DNA from: an uncultured Oscillospiraceae bacterium
Lineage (GTDB): Bacteria; Bacillota; Clostridia; Oscillospirales; Acutalibacteraceae
Direction: 5' to 3'
Assembly (NCBI GenBank): GCA_963931525.1
Contig: OZ007023.1
Span: 1,878,993 to 1,942,992, forward strand
DNA: 64,000 nt
The notes under the pieces were generated by a model, which saw only the letters and a list, made by a program, of their open reading frames with translations, had not been told where the DNA came from and ran no database searches. The translations under genes and the position numbers were made by a program. Of the stretch, positions 34,434-42,475 are shown in pieces (position 1 is the stretch's first letter; every line of letters starts with the position of its first letter).

Positions 34434-37043
34434 TTATTCGCCGTAATATGCCTTGAGATACATCTCTTTGATCTCGCTCATCAGCGGATAGCGCGGGTTC
34501 GCGCCGGTGCACTGGTCGTTGAACGCCTGCTCGACCATTTCGTCGAGGGTGTCAAGGAAGTATTTCTCATCCACGCCGTATTCGCGGATCGTCTTTTTCA
34601 CGCCGCAGTGTTCTTTCAGGGCGTCGATCTTAGCGATAAGACCTTCGAGCTTTGCTTCGTCCGTCTTGCCCTGTACACCCAGCGCGTCGGCGACCTCTGC
34701 ATAACGCGCAAGCGTATGCGGGTGGTCATACTGCGGGAAGGTGCCCATCTTGGTGGGAACTTCTGCCGCGTTGAAGCGCAGGACGTTGTCGATCAGCAGC
34801 GCGTTTGCAATACCGTGCGGCAGATGATGGAACGCACCGAGCTTGTGCGCCATGGAGTGGCAGACGCCAAGGAATGCATTTGCGAACGCCATACCTGCCA
34901 TGGTGGCGGCGTTGCCCATCTTTTCACGCGCAACGGGGTCGTTTTGTCCGTTATCATAAGCACGCGGCAGATACCGGAAGATCATTTGCAGCGCACGGAT
35001 CGCAAGGCCGTCGGTATAATCGGTCGCCATAACGGAGGCATACGCTTCAAGCGCATGCGTTACGGCGTCGATACCGGAGGCCGCAGTCAAGCCCTTCGGC
35101 GCGCTCATCATCAGGTCTGCGTCCACAATCGCCATATTCGGCATCAGCTGATAGTCTGCAAGGGGCCACTTTACGCCGGTCTCGGCATCGGTGATGATCG
35201 CAAACGGCGTGACCTCAGAACCCGTACCGGCCGAAGTCGGGATCGCGATGAAATACGCCTTTTCGCCCATCTTCGGGAAGGTATAGACACGCTTGCGGAT
35301 ATCCATGAAGTCCATTGCCATGTCGGAGAAGTCCACGTCCGGATGCTCATACATCACCCACATGATCTTCGCGGCGTCCATGGCCGAACCGCCGCCGATG
35401 GCGATGATGGTATCCGGCTCAAACTGGCGCATCTGGTCGGTACCCTTTTCGGCGCACTGGAGCGTCGGGTCGGGCGCAACTTCGTAGAAGCAGGTGTGGC
35501 GGATGCCCATTTCGTCGAGCTTGTCTTCGATCGGCTTGGTGTAGCCGTTATTATACAGGAAGGAGTCCGTAACAATGAATGCCTTTTTCTTGCCGAGCAC
35601 ATTTTTGAGTTCGTCAAGCGCAACGGGCAGGCAGCCCTTTTTGAAGTACACCTTTTCGGGCGCGCGGAACCACAGCATATTTTCCCTTCTCTCTGCAACG
35701 GTTTTGATATTCAGCAGATGCTTGACGCCGACGTTCTCGGAAACCGAGTTGCCGCCCCAGGAGCCGCAGCCAAGCGTCAGAGAGGGTGCAAGCTTGAAGT
35801 TGTAAAGGTCGCCGATGCCGCCCTGCGAGGATGGCGTATTGACAAGGATGCGGCAGGTCTTCATGCGCTCGCCGAAGCGTGCGAGTTTATCCTGCTCGGT
35901 CACGGCGTTGAGGTACACGGAAGAGGTATGACCGTAGCCGCCGTCCGCGATGAGGTGCTCCGCTTTATCCATGGCCTCGTCGAAGTCCTTGGCCTTATAC
36001 ATGGCAAGCACGGGAGACAGCTTTTCGTGTGCGAATTCCTCGGAAATATCCACGCTCTCGACCTCGCCGATGAGGATCTTTGTGGTCTCGGGGACGCTCA
36101 CGCCCGCAAGCTCTGCGATCTTATGGGCGGGCTGACCGACGATCTTCGCATTGAGCGCGCCGTTGATGATGATGGTCTTGCGAACCTTTTCGATCTCCGC
36201 TTTCTTGAGGAAATAGCAGCCGCGCGCGGTGAATTCGTCCTTGACTTTCTTATAGACCTTGTCGAGCACGATGACCGACTGTTCGGAAGCGCAGATCATG
36301 CCGTTGTCGAAGGTCTTGGAGTGGATGATGGAGTTGACGGCAAGCAGGATGTCGGCGGTGTCGTCGATGATCGCCGGCGTATTGCCTGCGCCGACGCCCA
36401 GTGCCGGTTTGCCGGAGGAATATGCGGATTTGACCATGCCGGGGCCGCCCGTAGCAAGAATGATGTCCGCCTCTTTCATCAGAAGCGTGGTCATCTCCAG
36501 AGACGGGATGTCGATCCAGCCGATGATATCCTCAGGCGCACCCGCTGCCACAGCGGCTTCGAGCACGACCTTTGCCGCAGCAATGGTGGATTTCTTCGCA
36601 CGCGGGTGGGGGCTGATGATAATGCCGTTGCGGGTCTTTAAGGAAATGAGCGTCTTAAAGATCGCGGTCGAGGTGGGGTTCGTGGTCGGGATGACCGCCG
36701 CGATAACACCGATGGGCTCAGCGACACGCTTGATGCCGAACGCGGGATCCTCCTCTACAACGCCACAGGTTTTTGTGTTTTTATAGGCGTTATAGATATA
36801 TTCGGCGGCGTAGTGGTTCTTGATGACCTTATCTTCCACAACACCCATGCCGGTTTCTTCCACCGCCATTTTGGCGAGCGGGATACGCTGCTTATTGGCA
36901 GCGATGGCAGCGGCACGGAAGATCTTATCCACCTGCTCCTGGGTATAGGTCGCAAAGGTCTCCTGCGCCTTGCGGACCCGTTTGAGCGTCTGTTCGAGCT
37001 TCTCAACCGAATCCACGATCTCGTAAGTTTTGGTCTTTTCCAT
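34434..37043 (-). CDS. adhE: Bifunctional acetaldehyde-CoA/alcohol dehydrogenase
   Basis: 869 aa from MEKTKTYEIV behind AAAGGAG. N-terminal ALDH domain and C-terminal Fe-ADH domain (GGGSAMDAAK, HSMAHKLG). The ORF-track start at 37280 is an upstream extension into rex. Confidence 0.96.
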   Translation of the reverse strand: MEKTKTYEIVDSVEKLEQTLKRVRKAQETFATYTQEQVDKIFRAAAIAANKQRIPLAKMAVEETGMGVVEDKVIKNHYAAEYIYNAYKNTKTCGVVEEDPAFGIKRVAEPIGVIAAVIPTTNPTSTAIFKTLISLKTRNGIIISPHPRAKKSTIAAAKVVLEAAVAAGAPEDIIGWIDIPSLEMTTLLMKEADIILATGGPGMVKSAYSSGKPALGVGAGNTPAIIDDTADILLAVNSIIHSKTFDNGMICASEQSVIVLDKVYKKVKDEFTARGCYFLKKAEIEKVRKTIIINGALNAKIVGQPAHKIAELAGVSVPETTKILIGEVESVDISEEFAHEKLSPVLAMYKAKDFDEAMDKAEHLIADGGYGHTSSVYLNAVTEQDKLARFGERMKTCRILVNTPSSQGGIGDLYNFKLAPSLTLGCGSWGGNSVSENVGVKHLLNIKTVAERRENMLWFRAPEKVYFKKGCLPVALDELKNVLGKKKAFIVTDSFLYNNGYTKPIEDKLDEMGIRHTCFYEVAPDPTLQCAEKGTDQMRQFEPDTIIAIGGGSAMDAAKIMWVMYEHPDVDFSDMAMDFMDIRKRVYTFPKMGEKAYFIAIPTSAGTGSEVTPFAIITDAETGVKWPLADYQLMPNMAIVDADLMMSAPKGLTAASGIDAVTHALEAYASVMATDYTDGLAIRALQMIFRYLPRAYDNGQNDPVAREKMGNAATMAGMAFANAFLGVCHSMAHKLGAFHHLPHGIANALLIDNVLRFNAAEVPTKMGTFPQYDHPHTLARYAEVADALGVQGKTDEAKLEGLIAKIDALKEHCGVKKTIREYGVDEKYFLDTLDEMVEQAFNDQCTGANPRYPLMSEIKEMYLKAYYGE

Positions 37044-37069
37044 TGTACCGTACTCCTTTATCGTCGTGA

Positions 37070-37720
37070 TTACATGGACTGCTTTAGATGGGCGGACAGC
37101 ACTGCGAGAGACGAGGCGATATTCTCGTTTTGCAACAGCACCCCTTCGGGGACACGCAGATGCGTCGGCGCGAAGTTCCAGATCGCGCGCACCCCGCCGG
37201 ACACCAGAAGGTCGCAGACCTCCTGCGCACTTTCGGCGGGAACGGTAATGATCCCGATATGGATGCCCATGCGCCGGCAAAGGTCGGTGAGCTTTTCCAT
37301 GGGGAGGATCATCGGCGCATCCTTGCCGTACATCGCCGCCGCGTCGGCATTGCGGTCGAATGCCGCGACCAGACGGATGCCGAACTGCGCAAAGCCTTCA
37401 TAGCCGAGCAGCGCGCGGCCGAGCTTGCCTGCGCCCACGAGCACCGCTTCGTTGACGCTGTCGTAGCCGAGGAAGGCTTCGATATCCCGGATGAGCCGGT
37501 CGGTCTCGAAGCCGGTTTTCGGCTTGCCCGCACAAGAACTGACGGCGGCGATGTCTTTGCGCACCTGCACCTCATTAAGCCCCAAGGCTGCGGCGATCTT
37601 CGGCGCGGAAATGTGCGCCGCCTCTTCGCCTTGCAGACGTTTGAGGTAATCGAGATACATGGGAAGCCGCAGAAGCGTTTGTCTGGAGATGCTCCGAACG
37701 CCCGTTTGCGCGCTGCACAT
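37070..37720 (-). CDS. rex: Redox-sensing transcriptional repressor Rex
   Basis: ISRQTLLRLPMYLDYL..., Rossmann motif VLVGAGKLGRAL, and ...IWNFAP. The start at 37720 is consistent with the promoter at 37760-37788. Confidence 0.92.
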   Translation of the reverse strand: MCSAQTGVRSISRQTLLRLPMYLDYLKRLQGEEAAHISAPKIAAALGLNEVQVRKDIAAVSSCAGKPKTGFETDRLIRDIEAFLGYDSVNEAVLVGAGKLGRALLGYEGFAQFGIRLVAAFDRNADAAAMYGKDAPMILPMEKLTDLCRRMGIHIGIITVPAESAQEVCDLLVSGGVRAIWNFAPTHLRVPEGVLLQNENIASSLAVLSAHLKQSM

Positions 37721-37759
37721 AAGCCCTATCGCCCCAATCAGTATTCTTGTATTGGTTTC

Positions 37760-37788
37760 ATGATAGCGCAAGAAATCCCGCTTGTCAA
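37760..37788 (-). promoter_or_regulatory. Sigma-A-type promoter for rex-adhE
   Basis: On the minus strand: TTGACA (37783-37788), a 17-nt spacer, then TATCAT (37760-37765). Confidence 0.5.
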
Positions 37789-37795
37789 TGGAAAT

Positions 37796-37813
37796 TTGTT
37801 AATTTTTTAACAT
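37796..37813. promoter_or_regulatory. Rex operator (box 1)
   Basis: TTGTTAATTTTTTAACAT matches the clostridial Rex consensus TTGTTAA-N4-TTAACAA at 17 of 18 positions. Confidence 0.65.
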
Positions 37814-37822
37814 CTGTTTCCC

Positions 37823-37840
37823 TTGACAATTTTTTAACAG
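37823..37840. promoter_or_regulatory. Rex operator-like site (box 2)
   Basis: TTGACAATTTTTTAACAG has the same architecture with 3 mismatches. It lies 27 bp from box 1. Confidence 0.45.
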
Positions 37841-37912
37841 GACGCGCGTGCGTTTTGTGCAGATTTACGGCAGAAAAATGGGATGGAAGACTGTTAGGAA
37901 GGCAAAAAGGAA

Positions 37913-37954
37913 GGACGGCTCTGTGTTCTTTGAGACACAGAACCGTCCTCTGTC
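37913..37954. repeat. Left terminal hairpin repeat of the low-GC cassette; also a terminator for 37965..38531
   Basis: GGACGGCTCTGTGT...ACACAGAACCGTCC followed by TCTGTC. The 26 nt TTTGAGACACAGAACCGTCCTCTGTC are identical to the reverse complement of 40616-40641. On the minus strand the hairpin is followed by TTCCTTTTTGCC. Confidence 0.7.
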
Positions 37955-37964
37955 TTTGTATTGA

Positions 37965-38531
37965 TTAGTCTAAAATATATATAATATTTCCAGAAGCAAC
38001 CATATAGCAAACCATAAAATATACAACGGGAATATATGTAAAACAAATACCTTTAAGAAGTTGTTCGCCGCCAATCGACAGTTTTTCAGATAACCTAAAA
38101 CGGAGAAGCAACGGCCATAGACCGATTATATAAGTAATAATACATACGATAATCAAGGCCACAATAATCAATATTGGAACAATAAAAAAAATTACCCTTA
38201 ACACCAGATCCATTCTCTCGTGCAAATAATTAACGGCATGTATCACCTGAAAAATATTATAGATGGTTGGGGCGGAAAGTGCCGCTGTATAAGGAATAGC
38301 CCAAAAAAAACGCCGCGCTTTTGTCTCCTCCCCTTCAGGAACAAAATCAATACCGCACAAAATAAAAGAAAATACAAAAAATACTGCTGTGCATATTAAA
38401 ATTACTTTTTCGGGATTGTTGGTCAGGATTGTAGCAAGGCCCTCAACGCCCATATTGTATCCAATAATTACCAAAGCGGCAATAACTGCAAATATGATAG
38501 CAACCAATCCTGCGTTAAAAAAAACGACCAA
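37965..38531 (-). CDS. Polytopic membrane protein of unknown function (low-GC cassette)
   Basis: 188 aa with about 5-6 hydrophobic helices and AT-rich codon usage unlike the flanking genes. Confidence 0.7.
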   Translation of the reverse strand: MVVFFNAGLVAIIFAVIAALVIIGYNMGVEGLATILTNNPEKVILICTAVFFVFSFILCGIDFVPEGEETKARRFFWAIPYTAALSAPTIYNIFQVIHAVNYLHERMDLVLRVIFFIVPILIIVALIIVCIITYIIGLWPLLLRFRLSEKLSIGGEQLLKGICFTYIPVVYFMVCYMVASGNIIYILD

Positions 38532-38621
38532 GATATCATCCCCTTCAAAAGGCAGGTTTGACTCAATAAACAGGTAACTTTTTAGCCATGGGTTTTCTGC
38601 AAGATTTCTGTCCCAAAGCGA

Positions 38622-39044
38622 TCACACATATATATCCGATTCAGACAAATCAACTGCACTGTAGTAGATCGGCATTTCGCCTGAAAACTCCAGCACAAGC
38701 ATATCACCGTCAATTTCAAAGTGATAGGTGTGTGGAAAAACAAGCGCATTCCCATCTAAAATCAAAGAATCCCCTTCGATTCTGTAATTAAACTCGTCCT
38801 CGCCGCTGGCAAGTGTCCCGTCCTCAAAAAATGTGATATATTCACTTTCAGGGTAGTAATCAAAATCAGCATTTTCCGCGCTGTATTCGGTTACTTGCCA
38901 AGTACCCAAAATCTTTTTTTCAGAGGTTCCCGCGTTGCTCGCAACAGCAACGGTGATAAACACAAGAACAAGGGCAGCGCACGCGGCAACTATCCATTTG
39001 CGCGGCACGGTTTTCAGAGTTTGTCCTAACGCTCCATTTCCCAT
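38622..39044 (-). CDS. Membrane-anchored lipocalin-like protein (low-GC cassette)
   Basis: 140 aa with an N-terminal TM helix. The remainder is GTWQVTEY...ITFFEDGTL...Y.IEGDSLIL...FEIDGDMLVL, a pattern typical of small lipocalin-like domains. Confidence 0.6.
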   Translation of the reverse strand: MGNGALGQTLKTVPRKWIVAACAALVLVFITVAVASNAGTSEKKILGTWQVTEYSAENADFDYYPESEYITFFEDGTLASGEDEFNYRIEGDSLILDGNALVFPHTYHFEIDGDMLVLEFSGEMPIYYSAVDLSESDIYV

Positions 39045-39169
39045 ATGTAAAACGTCTCCTAAATCATTTTCATTCGCTGTACTATTTTATTCTTGTCGCC
39101 GCATGTACAATACAGCGCTCGCAAAGTGTACAAAAGTTCGCGATTCGATTTTGGTATGCAAAGTCAAAA

Positions 39170-40156
39170 TTACGTTTTAGCGGGTAAAAGATCCGTATAT
39201 TTCAGATTTCCGGTTTGTTCATCCACTCTGACAGAGAAAGACCCGATCAGCGTTAAATCGTTAAAGTTTTCGATATTGTCGATGTCGTCCGTACCCGTCA
39301 AAAATCCTTTCAACCCCTCGCGTGCAAACAAGGTACGTAAGGTGGAAAGATTAGAAATGAGATAGGTAGAGTCAAGCGCAGAAGCAGAATCGTAATCTGC
39401 TTGTTCAAGTAACAATTCATCCGCTATCAAATCGTAACATTCAAGCGAGCCGTCCGGATACAGAACGGAATAGTACCCGCAAACAGAAGCATCCCCCTCC
39501 CGTATACTGCCCGCAGTACAAACCTGTTCGGATGTTTCCGGGGCAACAACTTTGGAAACAAACGCATAAATTCCGGACTGGCTATGTCTGTAAATATAAT
39601 AATCTGCGGAGAAACGGGGGGAAATGGAACACCGCGTATCCCGAAAATCATAGGTATTCGTTATATACGATCCACCCGCCTTTTCAACAATGTTCAGCTT
39701 TGGATATATCTCAATATTATCGTTGCTCTCCTGCTCAAGCGAAATTTGAATAAGTTCCTCTTCACCATCTGCATCGATATCAAAGATCTGATTTGATATC
39801 GAAATGTTTTGACTTTCCTGTTTACGTAAAAATTCGGAAAGAGGATTTTCATTAACAGAATAGGTGATAGAACGAGCATCGACTTGAATGGGGTTAGCAT
39901 CAAGATAGTTGTCCCAAACATGATTAGCTTGATAGGTAAAATACACGATAACTAAAACGCTTAGAATAACGGCTGCCGTTAGCACGATTGCAAAGATACG
40001 AATTGTTTTCTTTCCATTAGAATCAGGTACAGCGGATGTATCCTCGTACAGCGACTTTTCTAAATCATTTTGTGGTTCCCGGCTGAGTGCTTGTCTACGA
40101 GAAGAACGGCATGTTTGTGGTTCATTCGACTTGTCTCCGCGACGGTTACAAAACAT
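39170..40156 (-). CDS. Single-pass membrane protein with an extracytoplasmic domain of about 250 aa, function unknown (low-GC cassette)
   Basis: 328 aa. Basic N-terminus, TM helix IRIFAIVLTAAVILSVLVIVYF, and no recognised motif. Confidence 0.65.
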   Translation of the reverse strand: MFCNRRGDKSNEPQTCRSSRRQALSREPQNDLEKSLYEDTSAVPDSNGKKTIRIFAIVLTAAVILSVLVIVYFTYQANHVWDNYLDANPIQVDARSITYSVNENPLSEFLRKQESQNISISNQIFDIDADGEEELIQISLEQESNDNIEIYPKLNIVEKAGGSYITNTYDFRDTRCSISPRFSADYYIYRHSQSGIYAFVSKVVAPETSEQVCTAGSIREGDASVCGYYSVLYPDGSLECYDLIADELLLEQADYDSASALDSTYLISNLSTLRTLFAREGLKGFLTGTDDIDNIENFNDLTLIGSFSVRVDEQTGNLKYTDLLPAKT

Positions 40157-40180
40157 TTACACACACCCTTATATGTTTGA

Positions 40181-40293
40181 TTAGTGATATATCACTAATA
40201 TTATAGCTACAGAACTTTTCGTTGTCAATATAAAGTTTCAAAAACTTAGTGATTTATAACTAACAGTCGTATGCATTAGTGATTTATCATCAT
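40181..40293. promoter_or_regulatory. Three operator-like TTAGTGAT boxes in the divergent promoter region
   Basis: The perfect 18-bp palindrome TTAGTGATATATCACTAA lies at 40181-40198. TTAGTGATTTATAACTAA lies at 40246-40263 and TTAGTGATTTATCATCAT at 40276-40293. Confidence 0.55.
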
Positions 40294-40319
40294 AGCAAAT
40301 ACTTGCTGCGAGGAAGCCT

Positions 40320-40562
40320 ATGTGTATCCATGAGTTTGTTGTTAATCGAATTTATCAGCTGTGTCGGGAAAGAGATATAACGCCAAATGCGTTAAGCTAT
40401 TTAGCCGGTGTTTCGCAGTCGACAATTAAGAGCATCTTAAATGGGGAAAGTAAAAATCCCGGTATTTCTACGCTCAAAAAAATTTGTGATGGATTGGATA
40501 TTACTTTGATTCAGTTTTTTGATGTTCCGGAATATAAGGCGTTGGAACAAGAACTAAAATGA
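40320..40562 (+). CDS. XRE/Cro-type HTH transcriptional regulator (low-GC cassette)
   Basis: 80 aa: RIYQLCRERDITPNALSYLAGVSQSTIKSILNGESKNPGISTLKKICDGLDITLIQFF. Confidence 0.85.
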   Translation: MCIHEFVVNRIYQLCRERDITPNALSYLAGVSQSTIKSILNGESKNPGISTLKKICDGLDITLIQFFDVPEYKALEQELK

Positions 40563-40615
40563 TTGCTTATCGCAAATTTCTCTTTTAAAAAAGCAGACAA
40601 GCACTTTGCTTAAAA

Positions 40616-40659
40616 GACAGAGGACGGTTCTGTGTCTCAAAAAAGACACAGAACCGTCC
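40616..40659. repeat. Right terminal hairpin repeat of the low-GC cassette
   Basis: GACAGA followed by GGACGGTTCTGTGTCT-caaaaa-AGACACAGAACCGTCC. It is the inverted copy of 37913-37954, and the non-palindromic tail faces the cassette interior at both ends. Confidence 0.7.
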
Positions 40660-40836
40660 CCTTATCCTACTCTATTGGTTTTTTGACAGGCGTGGAAATC
40701 TGCCACTATGCGGTAAAATTTTGTTTTCTGCGCAGCCGTCGGTTTTTTCTTGTCGCGCTTTGCGCGGGCGGGCACGGAGACCCGCCCCTACCGGGTTGTG
40801 CAGATTTGTGGGGTTGCACGCATTTTCTTGTGCCAC

Positions 40837-40871
40837 TTCTGACTTCTGATTTCTGATTGCTGAATTCTGGA
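40837..40871. repeat. Five tandem heptamers
   Basis: TTCTGAC TTCTGAT TTCTGAT TGCTGAA TTCTGGA, lying 10 nt 3' of the mgtE stop. Confidence 0.6.
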
Positions 40872-40880
40872 CGCTGCGCT

Positions 40881-42215
40881 CTAAAAGGGCAGCAACAGCG
40901 TTGCGACCTGGAAGTAAATGAGCAAAGACAGCGCATCCACGATGGTCGAGATAAACGGGTTTGCCATGACCGCGGGGTCAAGGTGTACTTTTTTGGCAAG
41001 AATGGGCAGCAGGCAGCCGATGAACTTCGCCAAAATGATCGTCAGGATCATGGAAAGGCTTACGATGGCTGCTACGAGTACAGACACCTCATCCATCAGC
41101 AAAAGCCTGCCAAAGTTCACGGCGGCGAGCGTGATCCCGCAGAAGAAGGCTACGCGAAATTCCTTCCAGACCACTTTAAACGTATCACGGAAAGCGATTT
41201 CTCCCAAAGAAAGGCCGCGGATGATGGTCGTGGAGGACTGCGCGCCGCAGTTGCCGCCCGTGCCCATCAGCATCGGGATGTACGCCGTGAGCACGACGTA
41301 TGCTTGCAGCGCCGATTCGAAATTCTGGATGATCCGTCCCGTAAAGGTAGCGGAGACCATCAGCAGCAAAAGCCACGGAAAACGCTTTTTCCAAATCTCA
41401 AACACGCTCATTTTGAGGTATGGCTTGTCCGTGGGCGTGATCGCCGCCATTTTTTCGATGTCCTCGGTGTTCTCGTCCTGCAAGACATCCATGGCGTCGT
41501 CGATGGTGATGATCCCCACCAGGCGGTTTTCCCGATCGACCACGGGCAGCGCCAAAAGGTCGTATTTGCGGAACTTTTCGGCGACAACCTCTTTATCCTC
41601 CAGCGTGGTCGTAGATATGATATTGGTATCCATGATCTCAAAGATCTTGTCGGTCTGGTCGGACAAAAGCAGATCTTTGACGGTCACGATCCCGAGGAGC
41701 TTTCGATTTTCATCTGTGACGTAGCAAATATAAATGGTCTCTTTGTCCACGCCCGTGCGGCGGATGCGCGTGAAAGCGTCCGCCACGGTCATGTATTTTT
41801 TCAAATCGACATATTCGGTCGTCATCAGGCTCCCGGCGGAGTCTTCAGGGTATTGCAGGATCTCGTTGATGCTTTTGCGCATCTCGGGATCGGTATGCTG
41901 GAGGATGCGCTTGACGACGGTGGCGGGCATTTCCTCAATAACGTCCACCGCGTCGTCCACATACATCTCGTCCAACACCTCGCGCAGCTCATTATCGCTG
42001 AACGCTCGGATCAGGAACTCCTGGTCATCGGAGTCCATGTTGACGAACACCTCCGCCGCAAGCTCTTTGGGGAGTATGCGATAGAGAAGCGGCAGCTTTT
42101 CCTGCGGCAGCTCTTTGAGCACGGTGGCGATGTCCGCTTCGTTCATGTCGGACAAAATTTCCTTGAGCTGCGGGTAATCCTTTTTCTCCAGCAGCTCGGT
42201 GACTTTTTCGTACAC
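40881..42215 (-). CDS. mgtE: Magnesium transporter MgtE
   Basis: N-domain, a CBS pair and a five-helix TM domain (...GNCGAQSSTTIIRGL...). Probable GTG start (VYEKVTELL) behind GGGAGGG. Confidence 0.93.
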   Translation of the reverse strand: MYEKVTELLEKKDYPQLKEILSDMNEADIATVLKELPQEKLPLLYRILPKELAAEVFVNMDSDDQEFLIRAFSDNELREVLDEMYVDDAVDVIEEMPATVVKRILQHTDPEMRKSINEILQYPEDSAGSLMTTEYVDLKKYMTVADAFTRIRRTGVDKETIYICYVTDENRKLLGIVTVKDLLLSDQTDKIFEIMDTNIISTTTLEDKEVVAEKFRKYDLLALPVVDRENRLVGIITIDDAMDVLQDENTEDIEKMAAITPTDKPYLKMSVFEIWKKRFPWLLLLMVSATFTGRIIQNFESALQAYVVLTAYIPMLMGTGGNCGAQSSTTIIRGLSLGEIAFRDTFKVVWKEFRVAFFCGITLAAVNFGRLLLMDEVSVLVAAIVSLSMILTIILAKFIGCLLPILAKKVHLDPAVMANPFISTIVDALSLLIYFQVATLLLPF

Positions 42216-42430
42216 TTTGTTTCCCTCCCGTGGATCATATGTTTGCGTAATCAGGAAACAAAGCACAAGACCTTTAGGGGCAGCGGATCAGATCCGCTGC
42301 CGTATTTCCGAAACGGCGGCACGAAAAGCAGCCGCTTCCCTCCGCTTACTTCGCGGTGGTTTCGGGTCTGTGCCTTTGGTGCTTCCCGTGTCCATTCGTT
42401 TCACCTCACAAAAATCAAAATTCGTCTGCA

Positions 42431-42471
42431 AAAAAAGCGCATACCGCCGAACGAAAATAAGACGGTATGCG
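42431..42471 (-). terminator. M-box expression-platform terminator
   Basis: On the minus strand: GCGCATACCG-loop-CGGTATGCGC followed by TTTTTTT. Confidence 0.7.
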
Positions 42472-42475
42472 CACT

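Noticed and set aside
33741-36641. 966-aa plus-strand ORF, with similar long antisense ORFs at 7949-9418, 31312-33171, 40857-42512, 50923-52269, 55376-56836 and 62558-63817.
   Set aside because: Each lies opposite a confidently identified gene (adhE, the LuxR-type gene, hydS, mgtE, ligA, parC, ftsH). Their translations are Arg/Ala/Gly/His-rich with no motifs, so they are GC-rich shadow frames.
37044-37280. N-terminal extensions of ORF-track entries. This one is adhE; the same applies to greA, der, pgi, spoIIR, the GNAT gene, yceD, rex, the nitroreductase gene and ftsE.
   Set aside because: The conserved protein N-terminus and a good RBS occur at an internal start in every case. The extensions overlap upstream genes or terminators.
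42216-42430. A second tandem M-box aptamer in the mgtE leader.
   Set aside because: The conserved M-box cores (GUUAGGUGAGGCUCC-like and CAACAGGGCAC-like) are not present. Only a weak UGUGAGGUGAAAC resemblance is seen.
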